A stretch of 64,000 bases of DNA from the human T2T-CHM13v2.0 reference genome, Homo sapiens: assembly GCF_009914755.1 (NCBI RefSeq), contig NC_060941.1. One strand, 5' to 3'. The position numbers and the translations under genes were made by a program. Positions within the stretch are counted from its first letter, which is position 1. Every line of letters starts with the position of its first letter. Below the pieces are notes generated by a model. It saw only the letters and a program-made list of their open reading frames with translations. It was not told the origin of the DNA and searched no databases. Positions 1-12,235 of this stretch are shown here, in pieces.

Positions 1-1706
1 CTTGAAGCAGGACAAAGTAACACTGAGTGGCCCTGCAACAGCAAAATAATAATGACAGCAGTGATAACAGGAGTAACAGCAGCAGCAGCACCTGCAGCTC
101 TGCAGCACTGGGGCCGGTTCTGCCTATGGGCAGTTTTCTCTGCCTAGCCAGGCCTCCGGTACCCTGGGCCACAGTTGGCAGTACCAAGCGTGGCACCCGG
201 AGGCCTTGGCATACGGCTGGGGCGGAAGTGAGTGCATCATTACTGTCATCAACCTCTGTGGCCCTCGCCAGGTCCCCAGGCAGAAGGCTACTGGTACACA
301 CGGTGCCCACCCAGTGGCCACCCTCACCCCCCCTGCTCCCAGGCCCAGCTCTGGGCTGGGCCCTTCCTCCAACAGGTGCAGCTGGTGCCTGTGGCTGGGC
401 CCTGGCCAGGGCTTTACTGTGAGCGACACATGGGTACACCTGCCCCTCCCCGGGCCTGCCCTTGGAGCCCTGCCACCGGCTAGCGTGGAGGAGAGTCAGG
501 GAGGGGGCAGCTTGCGGGCAGCAGGAGGGGTGGAGGCTTGGCTGGCCACATGGAAGGTGCGGTGGGTGGGGGCTCAGCCCCACGGGATGGCTGTGCCGGG
601 AACTGGCAGCGTGATGGGGACACGGCAGCAGGGAAAGGCTGAAGATGAAAGAGAGCTGGCCTGAAACTGGGCCGTGTGCAGGTTGGCCAGAGCTTCAGAG
701 GCACCATGGGGTTGGGGGTGGGGGGGGGCCTGGCAGAGGCAGGTGGGTTTTCTGAGGTGCTGGGCTCGGGGCAGGACCAGAGCCCCCGCTGGGCACTGGC
801 CAAGGACCCAGCCCTGGGTCAGCTGACTTAATTTCCTAATGGCCTGCCAGTGCAGAGGGTGGCATTAGCTCTATTGTGCAGACAGGGATTGGAGGCCCAG
901 GGAGGCACTGGAGGCACCAGCCTGTGGGGCTCAGACCCAGAGCCCTGGTGCTTTCCCAGGGACAGAACTGCACCTTCCCCCATTCCACAGACACACCCCT
1001 CAGGGGCATTTGACTGCCAGGCTAGCTTTCTCCCTGCCTTACCACCAGGCAGGTCCCACACAGGGCCTGAGGCCTGCATGCCATCCCAGCTCCCGGGAGC
1101 TGTATTCCTAGGACCTAGTGAAGCCCTGGCACAGAGTAGGTGCCCAGTAAATGCTCGATGATTCCATGTCTGGACTGCTTCTTCCAGCCACAGAGGCCTT
1201 GCTGTGCTGGTGAGAGCTGTGGGGGCTGAGTTCTGGGGCTGGAGACCCCAGGCCCTGTTGCCTAGCTGTGGCCCCTGTGCTGGGTAGCCATACAGAAGTG
1301 CTTAATCAATGGGCATTGCATACGGGGAGACCCAGCCCCTGCCCTCAGGGATCTCACTATCTCAGAGGAGACTCTTGGACAGACTCAGGGGGGCAAGAGA
1401 GGCAGATGTTGCCACCAAGATGGGGTCACTCTTCCTGGCCTCAGTTCATCATCTGTGAAGTGGGACTGGCTCCGGAGAGTGCTCAGGATGGGGCAGTAGG
1501 AATGTGAGACTTGGAGCGTGCCTCTGGGAGTTGGGGGTGGGGAGGGGCTGGTCTCAGTAGAAATGGACGTGTGGAGAGGGGGATCTGGGAAGGAGGGGGT
1601 GTGAGCATTTGTGGAGCCAGAGCCTGGGGAACTCGTCATTTCCCCATCCAACCTTCCCTTGGACATGTAGGGAAGCAGGCCCAGGGCAGGGCAGCGAGTT
1701 GCTGTA

Positions 1707-1771
1707 GCAGTGGGCCCCAGATGGCAGTGGGCCCCAGATGGCAGTGGGCCCCAGATGGCAGTGGGCCCCAG
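1707..1771 (+). repeat. 17-bp minisatellite (GCAGTGGGCCCCAGATG) x3.8
   Basis: Perfect copies at 1707, 1724 and 1741, plus a partial copy at 1758. Confidence 0.95.
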
Positions 1772-2299
1772 TGCAGGCCTCCTGTTTCCTGGTGTGTCCT
1801 CAGTGTCCCCTAACCCCAATCACCACCACTGGTGCTCCACAGCTCACTCCTTCCTGCCTGGCTGCTGAAGTGGCAGCATGAGGCTGTGGAGACCTTGGGG
1901 ACCCCCGCCCAGCCCTCTAATTAGCCTTCAGCCATGCATCATTGGACATGGTTCCATTTGCTTGGCCAGATAGGAGTGGGAACCCCTTTCTCAGCTGCCC
2001 CAGGGAGCAGTTCCGCCTTGGCTGTGCATTAATGCTGTCCTAGGGTCAGTGGGCACAGCCTCCTGGATCCTGCCTGACTCCCCCTGCCCACCTGGACTGA
2101 GCCCTCCCTCCTGCTTGGGCAGCCAAAGCCTCCCTCTCCTGCCCTCACCTGCAGCCCAGGCCTCTTTGAAGGACTCAGGCTTGGAGAGGGGCCAGGGAAC
2201 AAACAATAAAGCTTATGGAGTGGAGGCTTCTACCAGAGCCACTCTGGGCCATTGTTCCTTGAGCACTTTCTATGTGCCTGGTGCACTCTGGGTGTCAGG

Positions 2300-2810
2300 G
2301 CCCTCTGTCGATTCCCACCACACTCCTCCCTGGGACCCTCAGGGCCCTGCACAGTCTGGCCTCACTTCCAGGACTCTTGCTCCCTCCCCGGGGCCACGCT
2401 CCTGCTTGCCTTGCTGTGCTTCCAACAGATCAGGCCCACTCCTACCTCAGGGCCTTTGCACATGCTGCTATCTCTGCCTGGAATGTTCTTTCCCAGATCT
2501 CTGCACGGCCCCTCCCTTACCGCTTTCATGTCTTGCCCAGATGCCACCCTCTCTCCAGGACCTCCCCTGATTCCCCTGTGGGACACTGCAGCCTCCCTTT
2601 CCCCCATGTTCCTTTTCCTGCTTTATTTTTCTCTGTAGAACTTAATGCTATCTGCCACAATATATTTTATTTGCTGATCTTGTTTACTGTCTATCTTTCC
2701 CTTGGAATAGGATCTCCTCTTTTTGGACCTATTCTACCACAGCTGTGTCCCCAGTGCCTAAGCGGTAGGCAGGAGATGGCAGGCGCCCAGTAAACACAGA
2801 GAGTGAATGG
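2300..2810 (+). mobile_element. L2 LINE 3' end relic
   Basis: cctcagggcctttgcacatgctgctatctctgcctggaatgttctt and tgtgtccccagtgcct...agtaaac...gagtgaatg are typical L2 3' motifs. Boundaries are approximate. Confidence 0.7.
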
Positions 2811-5576
2811 GCTGCTTCAGCCAGGCCTGGTGCCTGACATGCAGTGAGTGCTTGGTAGCAATGGTAGCCAGCATTGTCAGCCCATTCTGCAGATGAGAAA
2901 ACTGAGCCTCAGAGAGGTCACTGTCCAAGAACTGTGGCGCTTGTTGGTGGACAGAGCTGGATTCTGACCTTTTCTCTGAGCCTTTGGCCTGCCATCTGTC
3001 TGTCTGGCTGAGTGGGAGGGAGTTGGGGCTTCCTTCAGGCCCCTACTCTGGGTGGAGTGCTTTATATCTGTACCCTCACTGCTTCAAGCTCCAAGCCCTG
3101 TTGTGTCCTCTAGCACTTGGCCTGCTTCAGCTCAGGATGTCCCCATCTGATTCCTTCTGAGGATCACAAGCCGTTCCCATTGCAGATCCCAGCAAACTGA
3201 GGCCTGGGGCGTGGGGCCTCTCATATCTCAGCTGATGGCTGAATCCTTTCTCCTGCCTTCAGCATACATGTTTGGAGGGCGGCTGAGGGGATGGGGCTGG
3301 CAGGGAGGGGACAGTGTCTCTGTTTCTTGCCCAGTTAAGCATTCCAGACTCCCCACGGTCATTGAGTTTCATGTCAATGCATTTCACCTCTCCTTTCCAG
3401 TCTTTTTTTTTGGAACATGACACCCACGTTATAAAATGTTTAAAAATGTTTATGATTTGCAATGATCAACTCCAGCGGCTTTAGTGGCCAGCAGTGATCA
3501 CCTCTGCAACTATAGAGACTGGCATGCTTTCTGCTTGCCTGAGCACTGCCCGTCCCTCCTCCCCTGGATGTCCATGTTGCCTCAGAAAAGACAGGGCTGG
3601 TGGCCCCTTTTGTGGGGAGCAGATAGGTTCTGGTCCTGGGCCTCAGCCAGGTGTGCCCGGTTGGCCAGGTGTGCAGCCAGGTGTGCCAGGATGGGAGATT
3701 GTCTCCTGGGGCTCACCTGGGGAGTGGGGGCAGAAAAGGAAACCAGGTAACATGAGGACTGGCAGCAGGGATACTTCTCAGCCCTCCCTGCCTCCACCCC
3801 AAGGGTGTACAGGAGGGTGCGACGTGACACCTCCACTGTGGGAGCGGGCAGCCTGAGGCCAGAGAGGGTCCCCACAGCCGGAGGTCACACAGTTCCCGGA
3901 GGAAGGCTGGGGCGCAGCCTTGAGGCCACAGACCCTCTGTCCCTGATGCTTCCAGGCAGCTTTTGGGGACTTGGCAGGGGAGGGGCCGGGGAGAAGGGAG
4001 CATGTGGAGACTGAGATGTGTATGATAGAGAGGATGAAAGGCCGGGGGCAGGAGAGGTCAAGGGGGATGGAGTGGCCTGGTGGCCAGAGGTGTGCCCTTG
4101 CCCCTGCCCGCCCCGCTTGCTCCAGCTGCAGCCGGGCCCGAGCTGGCGGCTCCAGGCCTGCAATTCTCCAGCACTTAAAGCAAAAATAAATCGCTGCCAG
4201 CAGCTGGCGTTCTGTGTGGCAGCAGCCGAGCCAACCCCGCCCCGACCCTCTGCCTCGGGGCTCCTGGTTCCGGGCCAAGCCAGGCTTCCATTCAGGGCTG
4301 GGGGGCGCCGAGGCCAGAGAGGGTCCAGGGGAGCTTGGCGTGGCCGGAGGGGGCGGGTCCTGGCATGATCACAGGGAGGGCAGAGGCAGATGGAGACCTG
4401 GGGCTTCCAGGGGTGCTGGGATCTGGGGCAGGTTGGGGATGCTCAAAAGTGGGGCTTCTGACAGTCTTGGGTCTTGTGGAAATAGGGCCTGGGAGGGGCA
4501 AACTCAGGGGTCACAGCCACCTGTTTGGCCCTGGGGATCCCCAATCACAAGCCACCCCCAGCCTGTCCCCTGGATGTCCCTTTCTTTCCATCCCCTCCTT
4601 TCCCTTCTCAGAGAATCCTAGAGGTCCTAGAGGTCAGGTATTTGCGTGGTGAGCTTTGAGGATGCAGGATTTTGGCCTCATTCCTGAGCTCAGCAGGTGG
4701 CTGGGGATGTGGCCTGCACAAGACCCCTGCCCTGGGGGGCTGACATCTCAGTGGGTGGGGCAGGATGAAATAGACAAAAAACACATGAGCCATCACGGGC
4801 ATTGTCATATTTTGTTGAATATAACAGTTTTTAATTATAAGAGTGTTATGTGCTCACAGTAAAGTGATAAACAGTTGTAAGGGGAAAAGTGAATTTCTCC
4901 TCCTCACCCCCTGCCTCCCCCACCCCCAGAGTTTCTTGTCCTTGGGGTGACCATCATTAGAGAGGCTTCTGGGTTTCTCAGTGCTTATGCAGACGTGAAT
5001 AAGTAAATGGAGGCATAGAAACGTGCTAATATCTAAGTTGTCTTTTTTTAAATTCGTATGGGACCATTGCATACATGTCATGGCGTCCCCTGCACTATGC
5101 GCACTGCTGTGTGGTGCCCGTGCCCACTGGACCCAGGGGGTCTCATCCTGTCGTCCTGGGCATGGATTGAGGGCTGAGTCTTGGGACTGTAGGATCTTTG
5201 TGGCATCTGAATGCACAGAGCCACCGAAGTCCGTGAGTCATGGGTTCTTTTCGTTGTCATTTTAGCTGCGTTGAGACAGAGATCCTGGATTGCAGGATTT
5301 GGTTTAAGTACCAGGAGAGGTACCGAGTCCTCGCCTGGGTGCCTCCTTCGTCACATCCCTCTGGGAGTTGGGATAATCCAGATCCCCTGCCTCCATCCCC
5401 AGAGCTCAGAGGGTCTGGGGGGCTTCAGAGTCGCAGCCTGGGGCTTTGGGACCTCTGGGTGAACCTGGCTCCCACTCAGGGCAGAGTAGACACGCTGGAG
5501 CTCGGAGGGGAGGCGCTCATTGCTGCTCCCACTGGGGTCCTTCTTCCTTTAGCCTCTCTTCTTCCCTTAGCCCTGA

Positions 5577-5982
<406 letters not shown>

Positions 5983-7262
5983 CAGGAATGTCACTTTGAC
6001 CTGTCTCCAAGCTTCCGCATCTCAGTGCCTGTCCCATCCTTGTCATTCCTTGGAACCTGGCCTGAGATGCATCAGGGTGGTCCCACCTTACTCCACCAGG
6101 GCCCCTTATTAGAAAGGATCTGCTACACTGATTGGGAGAGTGACTAGTCTGTGGTCACTCTCAGTATCTGTCTCAGTGTCTGTGGGGATCAGATATACCT
6201 GGTGCCCTTCTTTTATGAGCCTCACTTTCCATGTTTGTGAAATGGGGAGGCAGTCCATTCTCGTGTCTGGGCATCTGTTCTCTCCTTCCCTCTGGGCTTG
6301 GGCACTGCAGGCAAGACAGGGCAGCTTCCTGGCCTCCTTGATCCCTATTCTGCTGTGTGGCCGGAGGCTCGGCCCTGCCATCACCCCGGCCTGCTGGGCT
6401 GCAAGCTGTCAGCAGCACCTGCCCAGTCAGAGCGGCCAGGTCCCTCCCCAGGCCCTGGGAGCCTTGAAGACCACTGGAGGCAGTGCCCCAGGAGGTAGCC
6501 GTGGAGTGGCCCCGGCCCTCCCTGGGGGTTGTGTAACAGAGGAGACCCCGCTGCCCTCCTCTTTTCCTCTGCAGGGTGGAGGCTGGCCTGGGCCCTGCCA
6601 GCACAGCCTCCAGGCCACTCATGGGTCCTGGCTTCCATCCCACGGTAGATGCCCTGACTCTGCAGCACCAGGGCTCATGACCAGGCTCTTGGTGGCCTTA
6701 GGACCAGCTGCCGCTGGGTGGGGATGCCCCAGATCAAAGGCAGGTAATAGAGAGGAGACTGGGAGGACAGTGGGTGGGGAGCAGGAACCCTGGGAGCCTC
6801 AGTGTCCTCCCCTGTGAAATGGGAACACTAGAGAAAGTGGGTTGGGCAAACCCACACGCCTACCATTGCATCTGGGGTGTGGAAGGAGCACTGGGGCAGG
6901 AGTCTGGCAGCACCACCAACCAGGTCCAGTAAAGAAAGCCGAGGCAGGGATCAGAGGGCGGCAAGCCAGTGAGACCCTGTGTTGGTTTCCTGCTGCTGCC
7001 ACCATAACAGACTGGGTGGCCTAAAACAGTACAAATGCAGCATCCGTTCTGGAGGCCAGACGTCTGAAACCGGTGTCTGCAGGGCTGGTTCCTCGCGGAG
7101 CCTCTGAGGGAGAAGCCATTCTGGGGCTTTCCCCCAACTTCTGGGGCTTCTGGCGGTCCTGGCATTCCTTGGCTTGTGGGCATCTCCAGTCTCTGCCTCT
7201 TGTCTTCACATGGTCTCCTCTCCCTGTGCTGCCTCTCCCTCTCCTCTCTCTCACTCTTTCTG

Positions 7263-7713
<451 letters not shown>

Positions 7714-7937
7714 CTCTACTTCTAAGGATGCTTGTCATTGGATTCAGGGCCCACCCTAATACAGGATGATCTCATATCCAAACTCTATATTTGCAAAGGC
7801 TCTTTTCATCTGAATAAAGTCATATTCACAGGTTCTGTGTGGACATCTCTTTGGGGAGGGCACCATTCAGCCACTACTCATGGCCAACCCAGATATGCCA
7901 CCCTGCATCCTTTTTCTCTTTTAAGAAACGTGCTCTC

Positions 7938-8087
7938 CCTGTAGTCCCAGCTGCTCAGGAGGCTGAGGCAGGAGAATGGCGTGAACCCGGGGGGCGGAGC
8001 CTGCAGTGAGCGGAGATCGCGCCACTGCATTCCAGCCTGGGTGACAGAGCGAGACTCCGTCTCAAAAACAAAAACAAAAACAAAAAC
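7938..8087 (+). mobile_element. 5'-truncated AluY right arm with (CAAAAA)n tail
   Basis: cctgtagtcccagc...ggagaatggcgtgaacccgg...gagactccgtctc, with a perfect 15-bp TSD AAGAAACGTGCTCTC at 7923-7937 and 8088-8102. Confidence 0.93.
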
Positions 8088-8102
8088 AAGAAACGTGCTC
8101 TC

Positions 8103-8438
<336 letters not shown>

Positions 8439-11400
8439 TCAGCTACCAGCAGTGCATCCTCGGGTGGGTTTCCCAGCTGCCCTGTGTCTCAGTTTCCTCA
8501 CCTGGGAAGTGGAGCTATGAATGGTCCTTCCCCTGTCGGAGGGTGTGGGAGATGACACCTTTTATTATTATGTCTGTCAGCAACTGGTGTGAACATCTAA
8601 CTGGTATTTCCCACAGGAGGCTGTATTTCTGTTTAGTTAACTGGCCTCACTGAAGCGCTCACTTTTAGGTTTCCCTCCAACCCTCAGCTGTCAGTGATGT
8701 AATGCTGCTGTAATTCCTGGACACGGAGGTCCTCCTGCCCCACCTGTCCAAGAGAAAGTTCTGGAAATGGCCTGTTTGCTTGAGGGGCTGTGTCTTTGTG
8801 GTTTTGAGGTGTCACTGCTGTGCCCCCCGAGGGTCGTGCTGGTTGGTAGCCCCCTTGACAGAGTCTGTGTGCACTGGGTCCCTTCCTTCCACTCCTCCCC
8901 CACTGCTGAGGCCACCAGTTCTGGCCGTGAAGATGGCAGCCCCGCTGTCATCGTTCTGCTTGGCGTCTCCTTTGTTTTAGAGGTGTAGTGGCTTTTCAAG
9001 TTAAAACCTCTTGTTGTAGTTCCATTTCTGGCAGCTGCCGGCTCCTGCAGGGAGGGTGTTTTCCTGACCTTATCCTTCCCGGCAGAGAAGCCCTCAGGGA
9101 GTGGGTGGGATGCCCTGGCCACATGCCAGCCCTCTGTCATCCTCCTGGGTCTCTATGGCTCACCCAGGGATGGGGAGCAGCGGCCTCGCTTCAGACGCCT
9201 GAGCGGGGCGTTGGGAGGACCTGCCATACCCCATCCCGTGCCAGCGTTCTTGCCTGCGCGTGGAGCCCGAGAGTGTGGCTCCTCACTGCCCAGAGGGAGG
9301 GGTTGGGCTCATACCTGTGACCCCCTTGCCACACCCTAGTCCCTCTGGAGGTGGGTGTAGGTGGGATTGCTATAATGCCCCTTGGCCAAGGGAGCTTGGG
9401 TGTCCTTGGCCCCCTCCTGTGGCTCCCAACTGCCGCCAGGAAATTTGGGATCCCCAGCAATACAAATGGCCCGGTGGTGAATCCAGCAGCCTGTGGTGTC
9501 ACCGGGTGCCTTTATTTCTCAGGAAGTAGTGTGACGTCGTGCTGAGGCTTGGCACCCCAAAACAATAATGAAAACGACTGCTTACCCAGCGGCGGCTGGT
9601 GCCAGGCGCTGTGCTCAGTGCTTTCCCGAACATTATCTCACTGAATTCTCAAAATGTCCCAGCCAGGCAAGGAGTGGGGCTTGAGAGATGGGGCCACTGG
9701 GGGAGGCGGTGGCCAAGCCAGATTTGAACCCCAATCGGGAAGCCTCGGTTCTCTAAAGAAGGCCCCGCTGGGCCCCCCCCGAGGGAAGGTAGAGACATCC
9801 TGGGCCTGGGATCCAGGAGGCGTTTTGCCACTGAGATGTCTCTGGCTTGGAATGGCAGCGCTGGGCATGAACTTGGGGCCTGGATTGACACGGGCTGCTC
9901 TCCCACCCCCATCTGCTGTGTGACTTGAGGTAAGCTGCATCACCTCTCTGAACCTCATTTCCCTACTGTGAGAAATGGAGCCAAATTTACCCCATTTAAA
10001 CTGCAGTTGTGCGGGGAGCTTGCCTGGCCAGGTGTTAGGCTGTTTCAGAATTCCAGAGGACGGGGTCTGAGTCCTGCTATTCACAGGTGGAGAAATGGAG
10101 GCCGGGAGAAGGGGAGGGACTGCCCAGAGTCTTGCCTCCCACCTGTGACCTCAGCCACAGAGCATGGCTGGTCCAGGCACCTCTTTCTTGCCCCTAGACC
10201 AAGCTAAGAGGACAAGCCATTGCCTGAGCACTGTCGTGTGCTGGGGGCATGGGCAGGGAGAGACCCTGCTCTCAGGGTGAGGCCTGCCCCTTCACCCGTT
10301 CCCTAGAGGTGAAATGGCCTCTCTCCATGTGTACCACATCCCGGAGCCCTGGCCCCCTGGCTGAGCTCAGGCTTCCCACGAATCTGTGGGCCCTGTGTGA
10401 TACCGCAGTTTGTGGTGGCGGCAGCTTCGCTGCTTGGGGAGTAAGTCGATGACTTACTTACCCACTCACTCATTCACTTAACTTTGGGGATCCCCAGTCC
10501 TGAGGGGGAAGCAGCTGTGCCCTCAGAGCCCCATGGCTGAGTGGAGGTCTCTGCAGAGGGTGGGGGTGTGGTGGGGCAGGGACGGTTTCCTGGGGAAGAG
10601 GCCCTGGATCCTGGCCCCACGTGGGGGTTGGGGGCTGCTGTGGCACCTGTGTCCCCCAGCACCAGTGTTCAGCTCAGGGGAGCTCTTACAGAGCCTTTCA
10701 AAACCATCCCTGGGCCCCAGGCAGGGAGGTCCCCAGCCACCTGCTTCCTAGCCCTCCCTGTGACATGCAGGGAGCAAGACTTAAAGGGCATGAACCCTGA
10801 GTCCAGCTGTGGCCTTGCTGCTCAGGGCTGCCCATCAGCCTTGCCCTGCCTCTCACTGCACGTCCTGCTTCTGAGCTGGGGTGCTGGTCCCAGACCCTCC
10901 TCCTCCTGCCTCATTCCAGAACCTTCTCTCTCTTTCTCGGGCCCAGCTCCCAGGCCCCCACTCCTGCCCCATTCTTGGCTTTCTCCCTCAAGGGTCCCTG
11001 ACTCCCCACCAGCAGGGTAACCACCTCTTTCACTGAGAAAATCGAAGAGAATTTCAACTCCTGCCCCTCACAGCTTCCCTCCCCATGATGGACTGTCACC
11101 CCTCACCCACAGGGCCCACCCCTCTTGCCCACCCAAGGCTATCGCTGTCTCAAGGCTCCCTCCCTCCGCTGGACCCTGCACTACACCCTGGTTGGGAGTG
11201 AATCCTTCCAAAGGTGGCGATGGAGGGCCCACTGGGATGGGCACTGCTCCCCAGGCCCCAGGACGCTCCAAGGCACAAAACAAAGTCCTGCCCCACGGAG
11301 CTTCTGTGCCAGTGGACCACTGACCATAGACTCCATGGGAGAGGGACTCGCTTCTGGAGAAGGGGCCCAGACCTGCGTGGAGTCAGGGCAGGAGCTGGGA

Positions 11401-11689
11401 GGATGTCCAAGGGAAGCGGGGCCGGTGGCCAGAGGTGGACGGAGCCTGACCAAGGGGCGGGGGCACAGGGATGGGGAGGGGGAGCAATTGCAGGGTCTGG
11501 AGGCTGCAGCAGCATTTCTGGTTTTCTTTCTTTCCTTCCCTCCTTTCTTGTAACAATAAGCATTTCTTCCAGCTCCCTGGTCCAGAGTTTGGTTGTGGCT
11601 CTGAGCTGCTGGGAGGAGTTGGGGTTGGATCTGTCAGGCTGTGGTTGGTTTCAAATCTCCTTTGTGTGTCTCCTCCCAATGTTTTTTTC

Positions 11690-12235
11690 TTGGAGGTGAA
11701 ATACAGTTCTTTTTTCTTGAAGGTGAAATTCACATAAGATGAAATTAACCATTTAAAAATGAACAATTCAGTGGTATTTAGTGCATTCACACTGTCGTGC
11801 AGCCATCACCTCTGTCTAGTTCCAAAGCCTTCCACCATGCAGAAAGGAAGCCCTGTCCCATTGGTAGTCACTGCCAGTCCCTGCACCATCCCCTGGCAGC
11901 CACTAAACTGCTTGCTGTAGCTGTGGATCTTCCTAATCTGGATGTCGTGTGTGCGTGGGGCCCTGCACGGGTAGCCTTCTGTGGCTGGCTTCCCCATCTC
12001 CATCATGTCCTCCAGGCTCGGCCCTGGTGTGCTGTGCATCAGCACCGCCTTCCTTGCCAGGGCTGAGGGATGCCTGGGTATGGATGGACACACTCTGCCT
12101 GCCCGTTTGTCATGGCTGCTCAGCCTTTGGCACCTGTGAACGGTGCTGCCGTGGACATGGAACACAGGTTCCCTTGGATGCCGGTTTCCAGATCTCTCCA
12201 TGTACCTAGAGGTGAAATGGCTGGGCCTGCGGCAG
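11690..12235 (-). mobile_element. Old L1 (L1MB-like) 3' end
   Basis: gtgaaattcacataa...aaccatttaaaa...aattcagtggtatttagtgcattcaca...cagccatcacc...ccctggcagccactaa is the reverse complement of the L1MB 3' UTR. Confidence 0.8.
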
